Shown here piece after piece: positions 49,801 through 58,100 of a stretch of DNA of 64,000 bases. The notes beneath the pieces are model-generated. The model searched no databases and was not told the DNA's origin. It was given only the letters and a program-made list of their open reading frames with translations. Source of the stretch: a virus; the IMG/VR virus record IMGVR_UViG_3300022934_000004; one strand, 5' to 3'. The number at the start of each line of letters is the position of its first letter. Position 1 is the stretch's first letter. A program made the translations under genes and the position numbers.

Positions 49801-52800
49801 TAACAGGAGCAGCAAATGATTTTCCAACTATTGCTTTATCTAGAGCAGATGATATATCCACTGTCTATAAAACAATAGGTATTACAAAAGATGATATATC
49901 ACCATCTTCTTTTGGTTTAGTAGTAAATCGAGGCTTATTTGGTGGAGTAGATACTACAGCATTTTCACCTGGTGATATTTTACATGTTTCTCCTGATAGC
50001 GCTGGAGAATTTGTTGCAACAAATCCCGTATATCCTAACTTTGCTTTCCAAGTTGGTACAGTTTTAGTTGTAGATTCTGCTGGAGGAAGTCCAGTAGGTG
50101 GATGTATACAAATTGAGATTGTAAGAGAAGTTTTTGAAACTATTAGAGTTACAGAAAATTCTAGATTTGATAATGATGTTACTGTTGGCGGAAACTTAAA
50201 TGTTCTTGGTACTGAAACAAGAACTTCAATTTCTAACTTAAATGTTGCTGATACTTTCATATATTTAGGTGGTGGTGACACTATTGGTGCTGGTGGAACA
50301 AACTTTAATGGTACTGGTGACCAAAACGCAACATATATTGGTCATTATAAAGGTGACAGCGACGAAACATTTAGAGTACGTATTTCTGGTGTTGGTGGTG
50401 ATACTCTTGAATGGGCACTTGATAGTTGGGGTGCAGGTACCTTAACATTCGATTCAGCTGGTGGTCCAACAACATGGAATTTAACTACTGATGGCTTAAT
50501 TGCACCTTTACGATATGGTATTTCAATTGATTTTGATGCAGCCACAGGCCATGATTTAGGAGATAGTTGGAGCGGAGATGCATCACCAATTAATGTTCAA
50601 ATTGGTCTTGCTGGTAACTATAATGAACCAGATGATATCTATCGCCATGCTGGCTTGTTTAGAGATGTTGCAGATGGTGTTTGGAAATTCTTTGATAATT
50701 ATGTTCCAGAGCCAGAAGGTCAAATAAACACTGCTGCGCCAACATTCTCTTTTGCAGATTTGAAAGCAAAAGATATTACTGGAGCTGCTATTGAAGCAAC
50801 TAATGGATTTACCGGTAATGTCACTGGTACAGTTTCAGATATATCTAATCATACTACTACAAATCTTGCCGAAGGTAATAACTTATATTATACATTAGCC
50901 AGAGATGATTCTGCCTTTGATGTTAGACTTGCAACTAAGTCTACAACAGACCTAACTGAAGGTAATAACTTATATTATACATTAGCTAGAGCAGATAGTG
51001 CTGCTCGTAGCGCTTTAAGTGTAGATGATCAAAGTGGTGATGGATCATTATCTTATGATTCAGCAACTGGTAAATTTACTTATATAGGACCTTCTCCAGC
51101 TGAGGTTAGAGCTCATCTTTCAGAAGGTAACGGAATCACTTATGATTCAGCTTTAGGCCAGATAACTATAACAGATACTGGAGTAGATTCAGGTACATAT
51201 GGTTCAAGTACTGAAATTCCTGTATTTACAGTAAATACTAGAGGTCAAATAGATTCAATTGGAACAGTTACTGTTGCAGGAGTCACTGGATTTGTATATG
51301 ATTCATCAAGTGGAAATCTAACTATTTCTACAGCAGATGGCGCAACTTTCAGTGATAGTATTAACTTAAATCCATTTACTACAAATGATCTAACTGAAGG
51401 TAGTAATAACCTTTATTATACTACAACAAGAGCAGATTCAGACTTTGATGTTAGACTTGGCATAGCAGGATCTATTGCTACTATTAGAAGTTATTTCTCA
51501 GCTAGTGGTGATTTATCATATGATTCCACTACTGGTGATTTTAGCTTCGATGTAGAACAAGTTTATACAAAAGCTAATTTTGATAGTGATCTAGGTGATG
51601 CACTAATCGGTGGAAAAGGAATATCTTACGATTCATCAACAGATACTATTAACATCGATTCTGCTGAATTCTCTGCAATGTTTACTACTACAGATTTACC
51701 AGAAGGTGATAATCTATACTACACATTAGCCAGAGTTGATTCGGCATTTGATGTCAGGCTTGCAACTAAGTCAACTACTGATTTAAGTGAAGGAAATAAT
51801 CTTTATTACACTAGAGCGAGATTTGATTCTGCTTTAGGCGATGCTACATCAACGGCTACTATTAGAAGTTATTTCTCAGCATCTGGTGACCTAACATATG
51901 ATTCTACTACTGGTGACTTCTCAATTGATGTAGAAGAAATTTATACCGCTGCTAATTTTGATTCTGATTTTAGAGTTAGATTATTAACTACTACAACTGA
52001 TTCAATTGGTGAAGGTACTACAAATCTTTATTACACTACAGCCCGCGCTGACTCAGACTTTGATGTTAGACTTGCAACTAAGTCTACAACAAACTTAACT
52101 GAAGGCGATAATCTATATTATACTACATCAAGAGCAGATTCAGACTTTGATGTTAGACTTGCAACTAAGTCTACAACAAACTTAACTGAAGGCGATAATC
52201 TATATTATACTCAGGCGCGTACTGATTCAGATATTATTTCTAGATTAAAAGATGTAAATGAATTTGATGCTGATTCAGTTGGTACTAGAGAATTAATTGT
52301 GGAAGCTGATGATTCTGCAGGTGATTTAACAATTAAAAATGGAATTATTCATAGAGAGTATCATGGAAGAACTGGTGGTGATAGTACATCTGAAAGAGTT
52401 AACATATATGTAAGAACAGCAGCAAAAACAAATACTCATAGATTCTATCAAATAGGATCAGCTGCAGCATATTGGTTATCTTATGATTCAGCTGACATAA
52501 ACACAGGAAGAGAAATTCAAGCTCCTCATTTAGATATGACTCCAGGTGTTAAATATAGATTCTGGACATTCCATTCATCTATGGCATCGCATGATGTAAG
52601 ATTTTATTATGAAAATGACAAATATCAAATATTAACTGATTCAAGTCCAGGTGTAGATATTACATATAACGGAGTAGCTGGCACTGCTGGAGCATATTCA
52701 GAAATTTTAGTTCATGATGGTGGTCCATCTTCTTTAGCATATCAATGTATTAATCACCCATATATGGGTAATCATTTTGCTTCAAATTCATTAGCACTCT

Positions 52801-52877
52801 CAAGATTATATCAAACTGACTCGGCTATTAATGTTGTTGGAAGATTAAATGCAACAATTGATGGAGGTACGTTCTAA
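43866..52877 (+). CDS. Giant tail fibre (3003 aa): shaft repeats, two beta-propellers, LamG domain, C-terminal cupredoxin-like domain
   Basis: TTxLxEGxNLYYTxAR repeats; FNNDGTK / LSTPYDL propeller repeats; WSIDFW..WNHFHVGYDG; YQCINHPYMG; terminal IDGGTF. Confidence 0.85.
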   Translation: MAEITLTSQGRTTVVKKVIIGTPVRRVTSGSFSIFNISGISAVGSSHNDLLVFDSSTGNYENESTLRVLKVDDFTIDSNSISATGDINIFATQLNISAPVEATSFKQTQLGAFDDSDLTSKIYVDTEVERVKHVIFTTDDGFTDSVQIYNDEDIKVIGGTGLKTSATKIGTQYQLTIDLDSSGIVTGTYGTATSDVSADFSKGQQITSSNLQQNFAGAPSQSQFNNDGTKWFVIGTNGSFDEEFEEWDLSTPYDLSTATFSQSVSRDMGGETNGAQAMTFNNDGTSLLVFVRRPGGSSPRAISYTFTLGTAYDISTLSAVPGSFKSTNDYGVTGTDKGYAWNNDGTKLFAVSHTQNLAVIDVSTPYDISTQTSYNDYHPTDIDSNITANALWGIAFDNNGSTLYLLESNDTTNEIFKLTLSTPYDVTTATLDEVLDIDETSSYDISYPKSLVTTPDHLIVYGTTSGSEQYTYITKPSGGSGNYGLTIPILQFDSSGILSGVTVSDPITTDNVREGDSNLYYTTARFDDRLDDSSSISTIRSMFSPGGDMVYDSINGIFSVNVLASYNSENFDSDLDDALANSQNIVYNDSLNSFDLTAINESNAGTFGSTTEVPILHVDSYGRIDSISTASISSTLRISADNSAVAIPADTSIEFNAGKYLSVSAADADSAFGPDGWSIDFWYKKDSNTTAGGTGMFQDGIINQHGHFVIFDNTNNGVSTLAIAGSKDNTGSNFWSANTNTVTTTNWNHFHVGYDGTTVRVFVNGTLDNSVTTTSYHGPVTGGTAPLNIGARSGGVGATVTEVLAGQLADVHIQTGTGGVKTSNFSTPTGTPGATSNSLILLYGSSSGWQNATSTTVTEAGTGNAVTTNTLPYTAGSAISSGVDSINLGTDFFNISGQPDNIITTVTDNGINIRLDSGQTSHNSVLGAVQPGLYTYGGGSSIARVSVNEFGIVKHIDATDIQAEITLKNENNTEYTAFTTQNDLKFVGGNGIDVDISGGFSGFDINADAVITVSIDSSELSAIDSVSWLTDSNKLQISTSDGARFVPQINYFGDSVIYDDTLRMNTYKSAVWGTKGNTEQGVSGSFSSIFMMPGGNEQLGGWWFYNNSPAMKFYSKSKNSQTGADKAGSIEFLTYYNDGSSFYEDMIVSNGVALKYKGRQALSIIGPQNGANDSTNVTRFYSHAIPYTGLGVNYDLGDSENPWRDLYLSGQTIHLGEVQLADSNGDFAIRSADGSPGNITAAHISADSGYIGQFRADSAQITNYTATTGFVGQLTVDSINVTDLNISTAIVTNGLTADSAKVQGTLTVRDINVDSGSISQFTADSASITNLNATTISGDSATFTNIVRSGTTVTAGTYGSASEVPILTVDSSGFVDSIGSVSVAGVTAFAWDSATSTATISTADGGSYPATINGFHKITSHLIPSIANTYDLGNDSYRWNDLYLNGTSLYLGDTIIEDSAGGFVFMHNDGSAASPVGVTVPETNYITSTPPTGDTSITAQRMIFNPTGTILQVGGLYTPLTYYDLSTGWDLSTATVDQNNSWTTGGTPWSENVKFDTGSLSFNADGSKVFTGRYNSSIGQLVLHAYDLGTNYVIESVGNNPSQSVNVNVTSLNTAWNDNKPAGWAFNFYSSGRDFKVRVIDSGNKIAMFTGESSSYLDLIVLPLTTPYDLSTIDYTPANAKCFDFEYELTNNIVPGRYADTIIYGEDFQFSNDGTKLWLTVYDRVGASSPFTYEMDFYQFDLSTAYDIDPSSLSYNSSVRLGESASSPYYRLGERIDAFHVEESQNKIFMVVRNEYLNSGGSQLLATSAIVEFSYGSPAIMAQTKMGHVKADSAQISLLNADSGTIGQFTADSASITTLNTTTGNISQFTSDSASITNLNVSTLNAPSLDVDSAHITTLSTNRFNVDSARAGFIQFNVGEYDDNVKPATTEGAVYYNSGPDTLVFKSSSGGPIKIGQEEVTRVYNNTVATIPKGKAVYVTGAANDFPTIALSRADDISTVYKTIGITKDDISPSSFGLVVNRGLFGGVDTTAFSPGDILHVSPDSAGEFVATNPVYPNFAFQVGTVLVVDSAGGSPVGGCIQIEIVREVFETIRVTENSRFDNDVTVGGNLNVLGTETRTSISNLNVADTFIYLGGGDTIGAGGTNFNGTGDQNATYIGHYKGDSDETFRVRISGVGGDTLEWALDSWGAGTLTFDSAGGPTTWNLTTDGLIAPLRYGISIDFDAATGHDLGDSWSGDASPINVQIGLAGNYNEPDDIYRHAGLFRDVADGVWKFFDNYVPEPEGQINTAAPTFSFADLKAKDITGAAIEATNGFTGNVTGTVSDISNHTTTNLAEGNNLYYTLARDDSAFDVRLATKSTTDLTEGNNLYYTLARADSAARSALSVDDQSGDGSLSYDSATGKFTYIGPSPAEVRAHLSEGNGITYDSALGQITITDTGVDSGTYGSSTEIPVFTVNTRGQIDSIGTVTVAGVTGFVYDSSSGNLTISTADGATFSDSINLNPFTTNDLTEGSNNLYYTTTRADSDFDVRLGIAGSIATIRSYFSASGDLSYDSTTGDFSFDVEQVYTKANFDSDLGDALIGGKGISYDSSTDTINIDSAEFSAMFTTTDLPEGDNLYYTLARVDSAFDVRLATKSTTDLSEGNNLYYTRARFDSALGDATSTATIRSYFSASGDLTYDSTTGDFSIDVEEIYTAANFDSDFRVRLLTTTTDSIGEGTTNLYYTTARADSDFDVRLATKSTTNLTEGDNLYYTTSRADSDFDVRLATKSTTNLTEGDNLYYTQARTDSDIISRLKDVNEFDADSVGTRELIVEADDSAGDLTIKNGIIHREYHGRTGGDSTSERVNIYVRTAAKTNTHRFYQIGSAAAYWLSYDSADINTGREIQAPHLDMTPGVKYRFWTFHSSMASHDVRFYYENDKYQILTDSSPGVDITYNGVAGTAGAYSEILVHDGGPSSLAYQCINHPYMGNHFASNSLALSRLYQTDSAINVVGRLNATIDGGTF
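52053..52211 (+). repeat. 72-bp exact direct repeat, 87-bp period (29-aa fibre repeat)
   Basis: 52053-52124 is identical to 52140-52211. Confidence 0.9.
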
Positions 52878-52880
52878 GCG

Positions 52881-52888
52881 TATAAATA
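52881..52888 (+). promoter_or_regulatory. Late promoter TATAAATA
   Basis: Exact consensus. Confidence 0.78.
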
Positions 52889-52940
52889 GACTAAAGTCGA
52901 GTTTTTACTCATATATGGCTTCCTTTATTAAGGTGTAACT

Positions 52941-53768
52941 ATGGCAGCAAATATTAAATTAAAAAGATCCTCAGTTTCGGGGAAACAACCTTTAGTAGGT
53001 GATATTGATTATGGGGAGTTAGCATTAAACTATGCTGACGGTATTCTCTATTACAAAAATAATACAGATGTAATATCATCAATATCAGGTGGCGGCGCTG
53101 AAACTGATAGTGCAGCACCCTCTGGCGCTAGTTTAAGAGATGGCCAGTTTTGGTGGGATGCTACAAACGGAAGACTTAAAATTTATTATGATGATGGTGC
53201 TGATTCTGCTCAATGGGTAGATGCATCACCTGCCGGTAAAGGTTACACTGGTTCAGCTGGCGCAATTTCATTTAGTGAAACAGCACCAACAAATCCTTCA
53301 GATGGTCAAATCTGGTATAATTCACAAACAGGAAAATCATATCTTTATTACGAAAATCAAGGTAATAGAGCATGGATTTTATTTGCAGATCCAACTGTAA
53401 CTGATGGTGACACTGGTTTTACTGGATCTGTAGGCTATGTTGGCTCACAAGGAACAATTTCACCTAGAATGATTTCACTTCTTAACCCATCAGGTGGTCA
53501 AGAAATAACTTTACTTAGAACTTCAACTGCAATATCAATTTCAGAAGTAAGAGCTGTAATTAGAGGAAGTAGTTGTGAATATGCAATAAAATATGATACT
53601 GATAGGAGTGCAGCTGGAACTACAATCGCAACAGAAACAACTACTAATACAACTACAGGATCAACTCCTGTAATTTCTAATGCTTCTGTTCCTGCTGGAA
53701 ATTATATTTGGTTAGAAATTGTTTCTGTAAACAGTTTAACTGAAATTTCAGTAAATGTTACGTTTTAA
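52941..53768 (+). CDS. Fibre protein with Mtd-N/hyaluronidase-N-like domain
   Basis: IKLKRSSVSGKQP..GELALNYADGILY; GQFWWD/GQIWYN repeats; short GxT collagen. Confidence 0.7.
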   Translation: MAANIKLKRSSVSGKQPLVGDIDYGELALNYADGILYYKNNTDVISSISGGGAETDSAAPSGASLRDGQFWWDATNGRLKIYYDDGADSAQWVDASPAGKGYTGSAGAISFSETAPTNPSDGQIWYNSQTGKSYLYYENQGNRAWILFADPTVTDGDTGFTGSVGYVGSQGTISPRMISLLNPSGGQEITLLRTSTAISISEVRAVIRGSSCEYAIKYDTDRSAAGTTIATETTTNTTTGSTPVISNASVPAGNYIWLEIVSVNSLTEISVNVTF

Positions 53769-53778
53769 GGAGTAAAAA

Positions 53779-54735
53779 ATGGTAGCTTTAAATTTTCCAG
53801 CATCTCCTACACATTTAGATCAATATACTGATCCTAATCAAGCTGTTTGGCAATATGATTCAGATGGTCCATTTTGGAATGTTATAACAAATACAACACG
53901 TAAAAATTTTAGTGGATCTAGAAGAAGAATTCAAACTTCATTTGATGTTACAGAAACATTGTCGGCGATTGAGTTTTTAACTGAAGATTTTTCAGTAGAT
54001 AATTATTTTGGTGGTTCATCTACCAGAGCAACAGTTCCAACCACTGGTTTTTACAGAGTTTATGTTTCTCTTTTTACTTCAACCGGGGGATCTGGCGCAT
54101 CTTACACAGCAGAATTAAGAAAAAACGGAGTAGCTTTGTTTACCGTTAATTTAGGGCCAAATCAAAACGTTAATTTTGATGAAACACTTTCTTTAGTTGC
54201 TGGTGATTATATCGAAGTTTTTGCATCCGAAGGCGCAAGTGTAGGTCAATTTACCGATGAATCAGAATTTTTAGTGTATAGAATAGGTTTTGCTCCAGGT
54301 ACTGGAATTAGTAATCACAATGCATTTAGTGGTGCTAGAGCTGTTTTAAATGCAGCAGTTAATACTACAAATTCTGCTACACCTATTTCATGGTTTACTA
54401 CAGACTTTAATGCTAATGCAAATGTGATTGGAGATTTATTTTGGTATTCTGGTGCGCCTGATAGATTAACAGTAAGAACTTCTGGTTTTTATAGATGTAG
54501 ATCTTTTGTTAGAACTAATTCTTTCGGTGGATCAGAAACATATACTATAGAAATTAAGAAAAATAACGTAACAACCATCGATACAATTACGATGGGACCT
54601 AATGATCAATTAGATTTTGATGAAGTTTTAGAATTAGCTTCAGATGATTTTATTCAACTAATTATTAGTAACTCCGATAATACTGGAGCAGTTACTGATG
54701 AAACATATTTAGAACTTGTCAGAGAAGGAGTGTAA
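53779..54735 (+). CDS. Fibre-associated protein with two C1q/TNF-like domains
   Basis: Duplicated FSGxR..F..TVxTxGFYR..L..GDYIE modules. Confidence 0.65.
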   Translation: MVALNFPASPTHLDQYTDPNQAVWQYDSDGPFWNVITNTTRKNFSGSRRRIQTSFDVTETLSAIEFLTEDFSVDNYFGGSSTRATVPTTGFYRVYVSLFTSTGGSGASYTAELRKNGVALFTVNLGPNQNVNFDETLSLVAGDYIEVFASEGASVGQFTDESEFLVYRIGFAPGTGISNHNAFSGARAVLNAAVNTTNSATPISWFTTDFNANANVIGDLFWYSGAPDRLTVRTSGFYRCRSFVRTNSFGGSETYTIEIKKNNVTTIDTITMGPNDQLDFDEVLELASDDFIQLIISNSDNTGAVTDETYLELVREGV

Positions 54736-54738
54736 TCT

Positions 54739-55107
54739 ATGGCATTCGTTAAATCAACCAGTACACTTTCTGCTGATGCCATTACGGTACCAAACCTTTC
54801 TGGCGGTGATAATGGTAAAGTAGTAAGAATTTCTGGATCAAATACAGCAACTAATGCTGCAAATACTGATACTGCTACTCAACTTCAAACAGTATTAATT
54901 AAAATCGGTGATGAGTATTATGCTGGAGGAACTGTTTCTGGTTTTGCTGGATTGACAGCAGGTACGCCATTATTTTTAGATGCAACAGGAGGATTAACAA
55001 CATCTCCTCCTACACCTACTGCTTCAACTAGAGCGTTATTTATCGGTTTCGCTTTAAATACAACAGACCTTGTTTTTAGACCGGGAATACCTATTTCAGG
55101 AACATAA
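54739..55107 (+). CDS. Small virion protein (cement-like)
   Basis: GLTAGTPLFLDATGGLT...IGFAL. Confidence 0.5.
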   Translation: MAFVKSTSTLSADAITVPNLSGGDNGKVVRISGSNTATNAANTDTATQLQTVLIKIGDEYYAGGTVSGFAGLTAGTPLFLDATGGLTTSPPTPTASTRALFIGFALNTTDLVFRPGIPISGT

Positions 55108-55110
55108 CAT

Positions 55111-58100
55111 ATGACTATTGCTAACGTAACTAGAGCTATTGCACTTGCTGATGACTCAGATTTTTTGGGTCTTCCAGTTATGCACCATATATCTGAACAG
55201 GGTTATTGGTATACTTATCACCCTTCAGATTATGATTCAAATGCAACTTTAGCAGGTAATTCACTTACAATATATGAGTGGGATTCTATATCTTCTATTG
55301 CTTCAGCTGACCAAGTTTCTGGATTTTCAAATAGAATAGAATTAGATGGAACTGCAGCATTTATTGATGAATCACACGGAAATGGTACTTTACGTTATCA
55401 TGGAGGTTGCATTGTTCATATTGGCGCTGGAGTTAATGATATTACTAACGTAAGCGAAGATGATGCTTTCTTTATGGGTCATATTGGTACTTGGGGCGAT
55501 GATGGACCAACAAACGGTGGTCTATTAGAAGACGATGCGTTTTATTGGGATAGATTTTATCAAACTACAGCAGGCGGCGATTGGAATTTTTATCAATATC
55601 ATAAACACTTACCTTCTAATTATCCAAAATTTGATGATGGTAGACTTGTTTTTGCGGCGGATGATTATATTAGACCAGCAGATAAACAATATGGATATTT
55701 AATTAATGTAAGAGCTAGCACTGGTGGTAGGTCTTATAATGTTCCATTAGCTCGTATTCACACACCTTCTATTGGTGGTGCACACAACTCTCACAATGAT
55801 GTTACTTTGCCAAATGCTTCTGGTGTTAATTTTGTAAATGGTGGAATCATTTCTGGAGGATCAAATAGATTCCATGCAGCGTATTTAGATTCAAATGGAA
55901 GTGGAGATTGGAATTTTTATACAAGAACATATACTTCAAGTTCGGGGTCCTTCACTCCAGAAGTTAATTATGGTTCTTATGATTTAGCTGATCCTGTAAA
56001 CACGCCTTATGCTGGTGGTGATGCTCAAGCAGAAGGTAGTTTAAGTCAATATCCTATGAGATTATCTGCAGGACATGCTTTTGGGACTAAAGTTTACTGG
56101 CCAGTTTTAATGAATTCAACTTATAAGACATTTAATGTAGAATTATATGGAAATAACGCTAACAACCGATACTATGTCGCCGGTGAACACAGAGACGATC
56201 CCGATAAATTAGATTATGTTGCTGGTGGAGATTTCGCCACTATGTCACAACAGCCTACAATATATCTAAAAGTAGGTGATACTATTGTATTTGATGCAAC
56301 ACAGTCATATCAAGCTCACCCAATGTATGTGAAAGATAGTTTGACAAACCTTCAATCTACAACACAAAACGTAGCCGCAGGGTCTTCTGGTAATGGAACA
56401 GCTACAGTAACATGGGATACTACTGGATTAACGCCAGGTGATTATTATTATGTGTGTGTAATTCACCTTGCTATGTATGGTAAAATTGTGTTAGAACCTT
56501 CTAATGGTTGTGTTGACGCTCAAATTTGGAGTGTTACTGATGCTAATACTATTTCACCAGGAACATTAAGTAGAGTAGATCTTCCATGGAGATTTACAGG
56601 AAGAGATGATAAGCCAGATATTTTAATTACAAGTGTAGGCGATAAACTTTATATTGCTGGTGGATCAGCTAGAGATGGTGGTTTACACTTATATAGCGCT
56701 GAAGCAATAGACTCTACAGGAAGCTTTTATGATGAAGGAAAAATTATAAGCACTGATTCTGCAAATCCTGCAAGATTACATGGATTTAAGTATAATGCAA
56801 CGAATACAAAATTTTATGCATTAGCTTCAGCTGATGGACAAGCTAATTTTAAAGGATTGTATAGTTTTGACTTAGCTGGAGGTACATTTGATGGTTATGA
56901 GCATTTAAAATGGAATGATTCTGGATATTTTCAAGATATAGGTGCAACAACAAGTGGATACATAGAATATACTCATGCAGATGCTCAATATACTGCAAAA
57001 ACAAGCATTGAGCCAGAAGGTATACCAAATGGATCTTCTATTTTAAGGTGGGATGTTGCTTCTCCACAATTTTTTAATAGAAAAGAAATAAACACTAATT
57101 CTGAAGAATATCTTTTCCAAGGAATTTATTTAAGCGATGGAAGAAAAGCTTTAGTTGGTAGGATTGAAGGACATGTAGGAAATACTGGAACTGAGCAAAC
57201 TGGAGATTTATTACTTACAATAGTTGATAATGAAAATAACTCAATAAGTTATTCTTGGGGTGGAACCGGAGATGATTTTATTACAGGTATTATAGAAGAT
57301 GAAGAAAATGATAGACTTGTGATATCTGGATATGCTAAAGGTGAATTAGGTACTAAATCAAATCAGTGGGTTCATGGTTGGGCAAGAAGATTAAGAAATA
57401 CTGATAATACAGCAGGAATAACATTCACTGGCATTGATATAGATCAATATGGACATTATACATTATCTGCAAATGATAATTTAAATGGAGATGCTCTTCT
57501 TACATGTTATAATAAGAATTTTGATTACTTAACGACTGTTGCTATGTCATTAGGTGCTGAATCTGATAATTTTTCTGGTGTTCTTACTACGGCCAATAAC
57601 AAAAGATTAGTTACTGGTGGAACTAAAAATTTAACATTAGAAAAAAATGCGTTTGTTATGAATGTTGATTCTGATCTTACAACTGTAAATTGGGCTAAAG
57701 GATTTGGATCTAGTACAAATTATTTAACAATAACCGATCATTGTTTAATTCAAAATTCAGGAACTGAATATGCAATTTGTTTTGCTCAAATAAACACTAC
57801 TGTTAATCAAGAAGATTATCAAAAAGAAGGTGTTTTATTTGGTGTTAATACTTCAAATGGAAGTGTAATTTTCCAAAAATCAATAAGTGGTTTAGTATCA
57901 TCTCCCTCTACGCAAAGATGGGTATCTTCAATTACGCCCGGCGCGCCTAATACTGGTACATTTTTTATTGCTGGTGCATCAGGTATCGAACTGTCTTCCC
58001 CAACTAGAGTTTATAAAACCCCATTTTTTGCTTATGGTGATATTAATACTGGAGATGTTATACAATATATTGAAGATAAATGGGGAGCCAACGAAGCATC

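Noticed and set aside
35220-52877. DS enrichment as DNA-level selection for GANTC (CcrM) sites, since GAY-TCN = GANTC
   Set aside because: Many DS use AGY serine codons (4 of 12 in 35220, 2 of 10 in 41791), which do not form GANTC, and the motif is frame-specific.
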